64,000 bases of DNA, from the NCBI GenBank assembly GCA_965220965.1, contig OZ244852.1, positions 1,248,001 through 1,312,000 on the forward strand, in the 5' to 3' direction. The DNA is from Candidatus Marinacidobacterium sp. GTDB taxonomy: Bacteria; Acidobacteriota; Vicinamibacteria; Marinacidobacterales; Marinacidobacteraceae. Each line of letters opens with the position of its first letter. Within the stretch, counting starts at the first letter, position 1. This document shows, in pieces, positions 19,560-28,598 of the stretch. Position numbers and translations under genes: made by a program. The notes under the pieces were generated by a model. The model was not told where the DNA came from and did not search any database. It saw nothing but the letters and a program-made list of their open reading frames with translations.

Positions 19560-20917
19560 CGGAACGAGGCCTCGGCGGCGGAGAGCGCGCGGTCGAGGAG
19601 CCGCAGCGCCTCTCGGGCGTCGCCCTTGCTGATGTTGAGCGGCGGCGAGATCCGGACGCAGTTCCCGTAGAGCCCGCCCTTCCCGATCAGCAGGCCCTCG
19701 TCGCGGGCGCACTGGAGGAGCCGGGCGGTGAAGGCGGCGTCGGGGGCCTTGGTCCCCCGGTCCTCCACGAACTCGAGCGCGAGCATGAGGCCCTTGCCGC
19801 GGACATCGCCGATCCTCGGGTGGGACTCGGCGAGCTCCTCCAGCCCGTCCCGCAGGACGGCGCCCACCACCTGGGCGTTCTCCGCCAGGTTGTCGCGCTC
19901 GACGACGTCGATCACCGCGCGGGCGGCGGCCATGCTGACCGGGTTGCCGCCGAAGGTGGAGAGGGTGTTCCCGACGAGCGACTCCGCGATCTCGCTGCGC
20001 GCCACCGTCGCCGCGACCGGGACTCCGTTGCCGAGCCCCTTCGCGTAGGTGACGATGTCGGGCTCCACGTCCCAGTGGGAGATGCCGTTCCAGGCGCCCC
20101 CGGTGCGGCCGGCGCCGGTCTGGATCTCGTCGCAGATGAACACCCCGCCGTAACGGCGGACGATCTCCACCGCGACCTCGAAGTAGCCGGGGGGAGGGGT
20201 GATGAAGCCGCCCACGCCCTGGATGGGCTCGGCGATGAACCCCGCGATCCGGCCCGAGGTCGTCGTCTGGATCACGTCCTCGATGTCGCGGGCGCAGCGA
20301 AGGTCGCACGACGGGTATTCGAGGCCGAAGGGACACCGGTAGCAGTAGGCGTTCGCCACGTGGCGGATCCCGGCGGCGGCGCCGCCCCCGAGCCGCCACG
20401 GCGCCTGCCCGGTCGCGCCCATGGTGAGCCGGCTGCGGCCGCTGTAGCCGTGCCGCAGCGCGACGATCTCGCTGCGGCCGGTGTGGACTTCGGCCACTAG
20501 CAGCGCGAACTCGTTCGCCTCGGTCCCCGAGTTGGTGAAGAAGCTCCGGTCGCAGTCCCCGGGAGCGACGCGGGCCAGCCGCTCGGCGACCTCGACCATC
20601 GGCTGGTTCGGAAACAGCGTGGAGACGTGCTGGAGGGTGTCCACCTGCTCGCGGATCGCGTGGTTGACCTCCGGGTGGCAGTGCCCGAGGCCGACGGTCA
20701 GGATGCCGCCGAAGAAGTCGACGTAGCGGTTCCCGTCCGCATCCCACACGTGCTGGCCCTGGCCGCGCACGATCGGCATGGGCTCGTCATAGAAGGTCTG
20801 GACCGCCGGAAACACATGGCGGCGGTGCGCCTCCCGGATCGACTCGGTCGTTCGGGAAGCCCGACAGGCGGGTGGGGTTTCGTCGGCCGCGGCCGGCTCG
20901 CTGAGCTTCGCTGACAT
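19556..20917 (-). CDS. Class III PLP aminotransferase (AGXT2/beta-alanine-type)
   Basis: FTNSGTEANE, AEPIQGVGG, DEIQTG.GRTG, AKGLGNG, STFGGNP. Confidence 0.9.
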   Translation of the reverse strand: MSAKLSEPAAADETPPACRASRTTESIREAHRRHVFPAVQTFYDEPMPIVRGQGQHVWDADGNRYVDFFGGILTVGLGHCHPEVNHAIREQVDTLQHVSTLFPNQPMVEVAERLARVAPGDCDRSFFTNSGTEANEFALLVAEVHTGRSEIVALRHGYSGRSRLTMGATGQAPWRLGGGAAAGIRHVANAYCYRCPFGLEYPSCDLRCARDIEDVIQTTTSGRIAGFIAEPIQGVGGFITPPPGYFEVAVEIVRRYGGVFICDEIQTGAGRTGGAWNGISHWDVEPDIVTYAKGLGNGVPVAATVARSEIAESLVGNTLSTFGGNPVSMAAARAVIDVVERDNLAENAQVVGAVLRDGLEELAESHPRIGDVRGKGLMLALEFVEDRGTKAPDAAFTARLLQCARDEGLLIGKGGLYGNCVRISPPLNISKGDAREALRLLDRALSAAEASFR

Positions 20918-20980
20918 GGCGGGATTGTCGCACGCGAACGGGCTCTTCGAACCGGGAGCGGGCGCCCGCGCGCCCACCGG

Positions 20981-22168
20981 TCAGGAAGCGGCGAAGAAGC
21001 GCTGGAGCCGGGCGAGCCCCTCGTCGATCTGGTCGTCGGAGGTGGCGAAGCTCATCCGGAGGTGGGTGTCGTGGCCGAAGGCGACGCCGGGCACGGTGGC
21101 GACCCGCTCCTGCTCGAGCAGCGCCGAGGCGAGCGCGCCGGACCCCTGCCCCGGCCGGAGCCGGTCGGCGAAGTTGGGGAACAGGTAGAAGCCCCCATCC
21201 GGGGTCGCGCAACGGACCCCCGGGATCTTCAGCAGGCCCTCGCGCATCCGCACCGAGCGCCGGGCGAACTCCCGGACCATCCAGGCGAAGTCGGCCGGAT
21301 CCGCCTCGAGCGCGGCGAGCGCCGCCTTCTGCGAGACCGAGCTGGCGTTGGAAGTCATCTGGCTCTGAAGCGCGGCCGCGCCCCGGATGAGCTCCTCGGG
21401 TCCGATGGCCCAGCCCACCCGCCAGCCGGTCATGGCCCAGGTCTTGGAGACGCTCCCGGCGATGAGGAAACGCGGCCCCAGAATCTCCTGCATCCGCCGG
21501 TAGGCGCCCTCCGGAGAGGGCTCGAACGTGAGCCGGGCGTAGGTGTCGTCCCAGAGCAGGAAGGCGCCGCAGCTCTCGGCGAGCGCCGCCATGTCCTCGA
21601 GTTCCCCGGGGTCGAGGACGACGCCCGACGGGTTCCCGGGGATGTTCAGGATGATGACCCGGGTCCGGTCGGTGACCCGGGGCGCCACCACCGCCCGCGT
21701 GGGACGGAACGCGGAGGCCTCGTCCGCGGGCGCCAGCACCGGCTCGGCGCCGGCGATGCGGACCTGTTCGGGGAACGTGGGCCAGAACGGCGTGGGGATG
21801 ACGACCTCGTCGCCCGGTTCGCAGGTGGCGAGCAGAATCCCGGTGAGCGCGTGCTTGCCTCCCGAGGTGACCAGGACGTTCGGCGCCGAGAAATCGAGCC
21901 CGAAGTCCCGCCGGTAGGCGGCCGCGACCGCCGCGCGCACGTCGGGGGCGCCCGGATTCGGGGTGTAGCGGGTGTAGCCGGACCGGATGGCCTCGATCCC
22001 GGCCTCGCGCGCCACGTCCGGGGTGTCGAAGTCCGGCTGTCCGGCGGAGAAGTCGACCACGTCCTCGCCGGTCGCCTTGAGGCGCATCGCTTCCGCCATG
22101 ACCGCCATCGTGGGCGACGGGGCGATGGCGCGCACCCGGGCCGCCAGCCGCAGGTTCGAACCGGACAT
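20981..22168 (-). CDS. Class I/II PLP aminotransferase (aspartate aminotransferase-like)
   Basis: AGQPDFDTP, NIPGNPSG, DDTY, SKTWAMTGWRVG. Confidence 0.92.
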   Translation of the reverse strand: MSGSNLRLAARVRAIAPSPTMAVMAEAMRLKATGEDVVDFSAGQPDFDTPDVAREAGIEAIRSGYTRYTPNPGAPDVRAAVAAAYRRDFGLDFSAPNVLVTSGGKHALTGILLATCEPGDEVVIPTPFWPTFPEQVRIAGAEPVLAPADEASAFRPTRAVVAPRVTDRTRVIILNIPGNPSGVVLDPGELEDMAALAESCGAFLLWDDTYARLTFEPSPEGAYRRMQEILGPRFLIAGSVSKTWAMTGWRVGWAIGPEELIRGAAALQSQMTSNASSVSQKAALAALEADPADFAWMVREFARRSVRMREGLLKIPGVRCATPDGGFYLFPNFADRLRPGQGSGALASALLEQERVATVPGVAFGHDTHLRMSFATSDDQIDEGLARLQRFFAAS

Positions 22169-22185
22169 TCGCGTGGCTCCCCGGA

Positions 22186-22689
22186 TCAGCCGCCCGAAGA
22201 CTCTCCGGTCCCGGGTCCGATGAGGCGCGCGGCGACCGGCGGGGGCACGAGGTCGGCCACATCGCCGGAGAGCGCCGCGATCTCCTTGACGAGCTTCGAA
22301 CTCACGTAGGAGAACTCCTCGGCGGGCGTCAGGAAGACGGTCTCGACTTCGGGAGCGAGGCGCCGGTTCATGAGCGCCATCTGGAACTCGTACTCGAAGT
22401 CGGAAACCGCCCGGATCCCGCGCACGATGGCGGCGGCGCCCCGGCGGCGGGCGTAGTGCACCAGGAGGCCCGAGAAGGCGTCGGCTTCCACCCGGGGATC
22501 CTCGGCGAAGGTGGCGCGGATGAACCCGAGGCGATCCGCGACGGTGAACCGGGCGGTTTTCTCCGAGTTCGTGAGCACCGCGACGACGACGCGGTCGAAC
22601 TGGCGGGCGGCCCGGCGAACGATGTCGACATGGCCCAGGGTGAGAGGGTCAAAGGACCCCGGGCAGATGGCCAGACGGGTCGATTCCAA
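22186..22689 (-). CDS. coaD: Pantetheine-phosphate adenylyltransferase
   Basis: PGSFDPLTLGH, RGIRAVSDFEYE, SSKLVKE. Confidence 0.96.
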   Translation of the reverse strand: MESTRLAICPGSFDPLTLGHVDIVRRAARQFDRVVVAVLTNSEKTARFTVADRLGFIRATFAEDPRVEADAFSGLLVHYARRRGAAAIVRGIRAVSDFEYEFQMALMNRRLAPEVETVFLTPAEEFSYVSSKLVKEIAALSGDVADLVPPPVAARLIGPGTGESSGG

Positions 22690-22892
22690 CGCTCAGGCGC
22701 CCGGCGGGGCGTGGCGGGAAACTAACACAGCATCCCGGGCGTCAGGACTCTCGCGGCGCTCTTCCGGTCCAGCGGGTCAGTTTTCGACAGAACCGCAACT
22801 TTCCGGCAATCGATGCTACGGGGGGACCGCGGCCCCCGTCGTGCACCGGGTGTGAACAACCTCCGGAGGCGGCGGGTCATTGGAGCGGCGCC

Positions 22893-23525
22893 TCACTCAC
22901 CGCGGGCTTTCTCCGGGTCCGGCCGGTACAGCGAGACGGCGCTGTCTCCCGCGGTGAGCGTCCGGACGCGGACGTATTCCGCTTCGCCCGGGCGTCCCGC
23001 TTCGGGATTCACCCGATCCGCCAGTTCGAGCGAACGTTCGTGCTCGACCGCCGCCACGGTCGGCCCGAGACCGAGGGCGGACGCCAACAGCCTCCACGCG
23101 GCGCCCTCCCGGAAGTCGGCCCAGGGCGGATCGAAGAAGACTGCGCCCGGCGAACCCTCGAAGTCCCAGCCGGAGGCGGCGAGGCGACGAAGCTGGGCTC
23201 CGGCGTCGCCGGGCAGAACCCGGAAGGACTCCACGCCGAGACGGGCGGCGTTCCGGCCGATCCGCCGCACGAGGACCGGATCCCGTTCGAGGAAGACGGC
23301 GCGCCGCGCGCCTCGGGAAAGCGCCTCGAAACCGAGAGTTCCCACGCCCGCGCACACATCGAGGGCGGTCACGCCGGAGAGTTCTCCTCCAAGGACCTCG
23401 AAGAGGCTCTTGCGCAGCCGGACCGCCGTGGGGCGGATCCCCGGGGAGACGGCGCCCCCGGGACGTCGGGGTGGACCGAGCAGCAACCTTCCGGCGAAGG
23501 CGCCGCCGGCGATGCGAACGCTCAT
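22893..23525 (-). CDS. rsmD: 16S rRNA m2G966 methyltransferase RsmD
   Basis: VRIAGG...IRPT, LDVCAGVGTLGFEALSRGA, FFDPPW; upstream of coaD. Confidence 0.88.
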   Translation of the reverse strand: MSVRIAGGAFAGRLLLGPPRRPGGAVSPGIRPTAVRLRKSLFEVLGGELSGVTALDVCAGVGTLGFEALSRGARRAVFLERDPVLVRRIGRNAARLGVESFRVLPGDAGAQLRRLAASGWDFEGSPGAVFFDPPWADFREGAAWRLLASALGLGPTVAAVEHERSLELADRVNPEAGRPGEAEYVRVRTLTAGDSAVSLYRPDPEKARGE

Positions 23526-23629
23526 GGAACCGCTTTCAAGCCGGCCGATTGTCAGCGCGGGCGCCAGGGGGCGCAAGCTCCGGCGCCGCGCCGGCCTGTT
23601 CCCGATACCGACCTGCGAGGAAGACGCCC

Positions 23630-24829
23630 ATGTCCCGCCCCCTCCCGAAACGAGCCGCTCATCCCGTCCTGGCGGTGGTCCCGATGCCCGCCCGGGCGCG
23701 CTGGCCCCGCAGCCAGCCCGACCCGCTCCCGGTTCCGATCACCGACCCGGAGCACGGGCGCCCGCTCCGGCCGGCGGCGGCGATCGCCTGCGAGGTCTCG
23801 GAAGACGGCATCGGAGGCGAGTTCGACACCGCCCGCGAGCGGATCCTCGAGTGGGTGGAGACCCGCACCGGTCCGCTCCCGGAGAGCTTCGCCGAACGCC
23901 GCCAGGAGAGCGCGACCTCACGGATGGCGCGTTTCGAGTGCGGCGGAGCCCGGGTGGAGGCCGTGGACCGGGCGCTGGGGCGCGGCCGGTACTTCGGACT
24001 CCTGCTCGAGAGCGGAAGCGCCCCCGAACAGCCCGTTTCGCGCGTCCGGGCGGCCATCTTCCGCTCGGGCGGCGGAACGCACCTGCGAATGACGCTCGAG
24101 GCGCCGCGGCGCTTCGCGGAGGGGCTCCGCCCGATGGCGTGGACGCCCCGCGTGGTCCACGACCTGATCGCCTCTCCCGGGCTCATCGACTACGGCTGGC
24201 GCATCGTGAACGAGCCCTGGGTGGTGGATGACGAGGAGAGCGTGGAGGGCCTGATCCACCTCATCGCCGATCCGGCGCGGACCCGGCCGGTCTTCGCGAC
24301 CGGGCTCAGCGGGGCGCAGACCGACCCGGAAGCGTGCAGCGTGGATCCCTGGGACCTCGCCCTGCGGACCGCCGGGCTCGCCCACGTGGTGGTGCTGACC
24401 GGACCGATGACCTACGTGCTCTCGGACCGGGTCGGCCGGCGCTTCAGCGTCTTCGGGGATGCGTTCCGCACCTACCGGCCGGGGCGCCGAATCCTCGAGG
24501 ACGCCCGCGCGCACCCGATCGCGCTTTCCGACACGGTGCGGGAGTGGCCCGACGGCGGACCACGGCGCTTCGCGCTCTATCTGGCGCGCGAGGCGGCGCG
24601 GATGAGCCTCGCCTGCCAGATGACGCGCTCGGGGTGGGGGATGGGCGACATGATCGGAGCGACCACCGGGATCCGCCTGGCCGATGTTTCCGTGACGCAG
24701 CGGGTCGAGCTCCCCGTCGAGGACGGCGGCCTGGACCATCCGGTCGGAACCGGGACCGACGCCGGCGAAGCGGCGGAACCGGCGCGCCTGCGAGCGGTCG
24801 CCGGAGCCAAGGCGCGGCCCGCCTCCTGA
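23630..24829 (+). CDS. Hypothetical protein (399 aa)
   Basis: Globular-looking composition, GAGGAAG RBS before ATG 23630, occupies the gap between rsmD and the AlbA_2 gene. Confidence 0.7.
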   Translation: MSRPLPKRAAHPVLAVVPMPARARWPRSQPDPLPVPITDPEHGRPLRPAAAIACEVSEDGIGGEFDTARERILEWVETRTGPLPESFAERRQESATSRMARFECGGARVEAVDRALGRGRYFGLLLESGSAPEQPVSRVRAAIFRSGGGTHLRMTLEAPRRFAEGLRPMAWTPRVVHDLIASPGLIDYGWRIVNEPWVVDDEESVEGLIHLIADPARTRPVFATGLSGAQTDPEACSVDPWDLALRTAGLAHVVVLTGPMTYVLSDRVGRRFSVFGDAFRTYRPGRRILEDARAHPIALSDTVREWPDGGPRRFALYLAREAARMSLACQMTRSGWGMGDMIGATTGIRLADVSVTQRVELPVEDGGLDHPVGTGTDAGEAAEPARLRAVAGAKARPAS

Positions 24830-24869
24830 CGCGCGCCGCAGGCGCCGGAGGGCGCCCGGTGCGGTCCGG

Positions 24870-26108
24870 CTACGGCGTCCCCGGACCCTTTTTCCACAGG
24901 CGGACGGTGAAGCGGCTCTCGTCCTCGACGAGCTCGGGCTCCGTCCCGTTGTGCGCCTTCATACCGGGGATCATCCGCTGGCGCACGCCCATCCCGCGAA
25001 ACTCCACGTAGCCGTAATCGCGCATGAAATTGACCAGGTTCTGGTTGCGCGCGTAACGGGTTCCCGAGCGCATCCCATCCGGCGTGACCGTGTTCGGCAG
25101 CCGCCCGGGGCTGACGACCTCGAGGCGGTCCGAGAAGATCGTCAGCATGATGTCGGCGCCGGTGATGCTGTAGTCGCGGTGAACCAGCGCGTTCCCCACC
25201 GCCTCTCGCACCACCGCTTCCGGGTAGTCCCAACGGTCGATGCGGCGACCCCCTTCCAGCCGGGCGGTCGGCGTGGTGTTCCGGCGCACGAAATCGATGG
25301 CCTGGTCCACGAGTCCCGGTTCGACCCGCGAGCCGTCGCGGGCGCCGAGCGGAACCATCGGGCCACGCAGGACTTCATCGGCCCGCGCCGCATAGTCCGG
25401 CGCCTTGCCCGGAAAGCAGATGGCGCGGATGCCCGATTGCGGAAGGAACCGCTTCGTGTTGCTCCCGAAAAGCAGCATCCCGTCGACGGTCGCCGCCGGG
25501 CGCTCCACGGCCGGGGTCGCGAGCTCCAGATTCACCAGCAGGTGGCGCCACGCGTCCGGATCGTCCTCTCCGGGCGCCTCGCCTCCGAGAACCCGGGTGA
25601 AATAGTCGCGGAGCCGTCGCTCGTCGAGCATCCCGATACCGGACCCGGGAACCGGTTTGCATCCGTACCGCAGCTGACCCGACGCCTGGTAGAGGCGTCC
25701 TTCCTCGTCGCGCGTCGCATCCCGCGTGGTCGTTCCGACCCGGACCCTGGTCAGCCAGGCGCCTCCGCGCTTCGCCTTGTAGGGCTTGTCAGGCGCGTCC
25801 GTCGGCAGCGAGACGACGCCGACGACCTTCCCGTCGTCCCAGAGGATCGTCTCCCACCAGGGATTCGTCGCCGGCTGGAGGTGAGTCCGGGCCGCCTCCA
25901 TGACCCATTCCTCGGCCTTGCGGCGATCGCGCGTGAGGCCACTGACCGTTCCGTCGTCCTCCACGCCGAGGAGGATGCGGCCACCCGCCAGGTTCAGGAA
26001 CCCGGCCATTTCCTCCGCGAGCTTCTGCGCCGAGATGTCGTCCCGCTTGAACTCCACACCCGAGCTCTCGCCATTGCGGAGCAGATCGATCAGTTCGGCC
26101 CTGGTCAT
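24870..26108 (-). CDS. Schlafen/AlbA_2 domain protein with HATPase_c_4 (RecG C-terminal-like) domain
   Basis: GESSGVEFK, FLNLAGG.ILLGVEDDG, REAVGNALVHRDYS, DRLEVVSPG, RNQNL, RGMGV. Confidence 0.85.
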   Translation of the reverse strand: MTRAELIDLLRNGESSGVEFKRDDISAQKLAEEMAGFLNLAGGRILLGVEDDGTVSGLTRDRRKAEEWVMEAARTHLQPATNPWWETILWDDGKVVGVVSLPTDAPDKPYKAKRGGAWLTRVRVGTTTRDATRDEEGRLYQASGQLRYGCKPVPGSGIGMLDERRLRDYFTRVLGGEAPGEDDPDAWRHLLVNLELATPAVERPAATVDGMLLFGSNTKRFLPQSGIRAICFPGKAPDYAARADEVLRGPMVPLGARDGSRVEPGLVDQAIDFVRRNTTPTARLEGGRRIDRWDYPEAVVREAVGNALVHRDYSITGADIMLTIFSDRLEVVSPGRLPNTVTPDGMRSGTRYARNQNLVNFMRDYGYVEFRGMGVRQRMIPGMKAHNGTEPELVEDESRFTVRLWKKGPGTP

Positions 26109-26260
26109 GAGGATCGGAGTTTCAGCGTCTGGTCAGGAAGTCCGCCGCCCGGCGCGAGCGCCTCAACCTGCGCTGGCGGCCTCGCCGGCAGCATAGTGTC
26201 GCAAAGCGCTCCAATCGGCCCCGGGAAATCCACTGGCGCGGCCTCGGCCCGACGTCAGGG

Positions 26261-26503
26261 TCGCAGTCAGCGGCGCCCCAAACTGACAATCTGCCGAAGC
26301 TCGAATTGACAATCGGCCGACGAGTACACTGGCATTCAGCCGGAACCACTACTACTAGTCATGTTTATCATCAACTTATATGATCTCATAATGCCAGATA
26401 TGTGATCGGAAACACGATTCCTGACCCTCATTCGACCCCTATTCTGACAATCAGCCGGGCCCTATATTGACAATTGGCCGAAGCCTCAACCTACAATCAG
26501 CCG
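26261..26503 (+). repeat. Phased 23-bp-period direct-repeat array (core TGACAATCAGCCG), two blocks flanking an AT-rich core
   Basis: Cores at 26261, 26284, 26307, 26330 and 26422, 26445, 26468, 26491, all in a single 23-bp register. Confidence 0.85.
26467..26497 (+). promoter_or_regulatory. Putative sigma70 promoter (leaderless) for the AAA+/DUF4143 gene, embedded in the repeats
   Basis: TTGACA 26467-26472 and TACAAT 26492-26497 (long 19-bp spacer); ATG at 26504 with no RBS. Confidence 0.5.
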
Positions 26504-27856
26504 ATGCCGCACCCGTTTCTCTTCCGACGCCGCATCGAGCCGCGGCTGATGGAGGCGCTGGACGACTCGCCGGTGGTGCTGATTCACGGCCCGCGCCAGT
26601 GCGGCAAGACGACGCTCGCCCGCTACGCCTGCACCAGGGACCACCCCTGGGCGTCGGGCGACGCGCATCCACATGTCAACGACGGTGGGCGGGCTGGTTC
26701 GGGAGGGTCCGACGGGCGGCGCGACTACGCGTACATCAGTCTGGACGATGCGGTGGCGCGCGAAACCGCCCGGGCCGATCCCGCCGGCATGGTCGCCGAG
26801 CTGCCGGAGCGGGTCATCCTGGACGAGGTTCAGCGGGTCCCGGAGCTGTTCGAGGCGATCAAGCTGGAAGTGGATCGCCGGCGGGCGGCGGGCCGGTTTC
26901 TGCTCACCGGGTCCACGAACGTGCTGCTGATTCCGCGCCTTTCGGACTCGCTGGCCGGCCGCATGCAGATCGTGCGGCTCCATCCGCTCGCGCAGCGGGA
27001 GCTCACGGCTGAGGCGCCACCGGCCAATGTCGCGCAACAGCCGGAGTTCCTCGACGTTCTGTTCGGCGCCGCCTTCCGGGTGCGCCGAACCGCCCGCCTC
27101 GGTGGCGAGCTCCTCGAACGGATCGTCGCCGGCGGCTTTCCGCCGGCGCTGGCGAATCCGACGGACCGTCGCCGGGCCAACTGGCAACGCGACTACATGA
27201 CCACCCTGCTGGAGCGCGACGTGCGCGAGATGGCGCGGATAACGGCGCTCGATGCGCTTCCGAGGCTGCTTCAGGCGGCGGCGACGCAGACCGCGCGCCT
27301 GTTCAACCTGGCGGACCTTGCGGCGCCGTTCCGGGTCAGCCGGGGGACGATCGGCGGCTACGTCGCGCTGCTGGAGCGGCTGTTCCTGCTGGAACGGGTA
27401 CCGGCGTGGCACAGCAATCGCCTGCGGCGGCTCGTGAAGAGCCCCAGGCTGCACTTCGGCGACACCGGTCTGGCGGCGGCGCTGCTGGGGGCCGACGCGC
27501 CCGCGTTACGGGACGACGGAACGCTGCTGGGGCAGCTCCTGGAGACTTTCGTCTACCAGGAACTGCGGCGGCAGGCGAGCTGGCATGCGAGCGCCACCAA
27601 CTTCTTCCACTTCCGCGACCGTGACGGCGCGGAAGTCGACATCGTCATCGAACGGGGACACCGCGCGGTCGCGGGCGTGGAGGTCAAGGCCGGGGCCACG
27701 GTCAGGGCATCCGACTTTCGCGGGCTGAAGAAACTGGCCGCGGCCGCGGGAGATCGCTTCGCCTGCGGCGTCGTGCTCCACAACGGCGAGATGTGCGCGC
27801 GCTTCGGGGATCGCCTCTACGCCGCGCCCATTCGCACCCTGTGGGAGACGCCCTGA
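26504..27856 (+). CDS. AAA_14 ATPase with DUF4143 (PD-(D/E)xK-like) C-terminal domain
   Basis: Walker A GPRQCGKT, Walker B ILDEVQ, LTGS, SLAGR, GGFP, DTGL, C-terminal EVDIVIE...GVEVK. Confidence 0.9.
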   Translation: MPHPFLFRRRIEPRLMEALDDSPVVLIHGPRQCGKTTLARYACTRDHPWASGDAHPHVNDGGRAGSGGSDGRRDYAYISLDDAVARETARADPAGMVAELPERVILDEVQRVPELFEAIKLEVDRRRAAGRFLLTGSTNVLLIPRLSDSLAGRMQIVRLHPLAQRELTAEAPPANVAQQPEFLDVLFGAAFRVRRTARLGGELLERIVAGGFPPALANPTDRRRANWQRDYMTTLLERDVREMARITALDALPRLLQAAATQTARLFNLADLAAPFRVSRGTIGGYVALLERLFLLERVPAWHSNRLRRLVKSPRLHFGDTGLAAALLGADAPALRDDGTLLGQLLETFVYQELRRQASWHASATNFFHFRDRDGAEVDIVIERGHRAVAGVEVKAGATVRASDFRGLKKLAAAAGDRFACGVVLHNGEMCARFGDRLYAAPIRTLWETP

Positions 27857-27908
27857 GGCTGGCCGTCAGCAGCCCGCCGTCGATTCCGCCGCGCCGGCGA
27901 ACGCGCGA

Positions 27909-28598
27909 TCAGGGTTTCGTCGCCACCGCCACCAGCAGCGGCGTGCGGCGCCAGGGCCAGGCGACCTCGAATCCGGCCGCCTGCAGGGCGTCGCGTTCCG
28001 CCTCCGCCGGAAAGTAAGTGTCCTCCTCGGCCCACTCGGCGAACAGCTCGTAGGCGCGGGCTTCGGGCGTCCCGCGGGCGGCCATCCACGCGGCCCACTC
28101 CTGGTAAGCGGCGGCCGAACCCTCAGGCTCGGCGGGGATGACCACATCCACGTTCACGAGGAGGCCGCCGGGACGCAGCGCTTCGTGGATCCGGCCGAAC
28201 AGGCGACGCTTGTCGTCGAGCGTGGGGACATGGTGCAGGGCGAGCGACGCCGTCACCGCATCGCACTCCGGCAACGGGTCATCGAACGACGCCTGGCGCA
28301 GCGCGGCGCGGTCGCCGAAGCGCGCCAGACGGCCGCGGGCCCGCCCGAGCATCTCCGGATCGGCGTCCACCAGCTCCACGACGGCGTCCCCGGCGCGGCG
28401 CAGGACCGCCTCGGAGAGCGCGCCGGTCCCCGCACCGAGGTCCACGACGCGCCGAGGCCGGACCGCGGCGATCGTCCGGGCGGCGGTCTCGAGAGCCTCC
28501 TCGTACCCGGGGATCCACTTCCGGATCGTGGCGTCGTACTCCTCGATCTCCACCCGCAGATGCCGGCGGACGGAGTGAGCGTCGGTCGAATGAGCCAC
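27909..28598 (-). CDS. Class I SAM-dependent methyltransferase
   Basis: VDLGAGTG, VDADPEML, ASLALHH, LRPGG; GTG start at 28598 inferred. Confidence 0.85.
   Translation of the reverse strand: MAHSTDAHSVRRHLRVEIEEYDATIRKWIPGYEEALETAARTIAAVRPRRVVDLGAGTGALSEAVLRRAGDAVVELVDADPEMLGRARGRLARFGDRAALRQASFDDPLPECDAVTASLALHHVPTLDDKRRLFGRIHEALRPGGLLVNVDVVIPAEPEGSAAAYQEWAAWMAARGTPEARAYELFAEWAEEDTYFPAEAERDALQAAGFEVAWPWRRTPLLVAVATKP

Noticed and set aside
22690-22892. Intergenic region between rsmD and coaD as possible ncRNA or tRNA
   Set aside because: No cloverleaf, riboswitch motif or strong hairpin recognised
26261-26503. CRISPR array interpretation of the 23-bp repeats
   Set aside because: Core (13 bp) and spacers (10 bp) are far too short, the repeats are degenerate and non-palindromic, and there are no cas genes in the window
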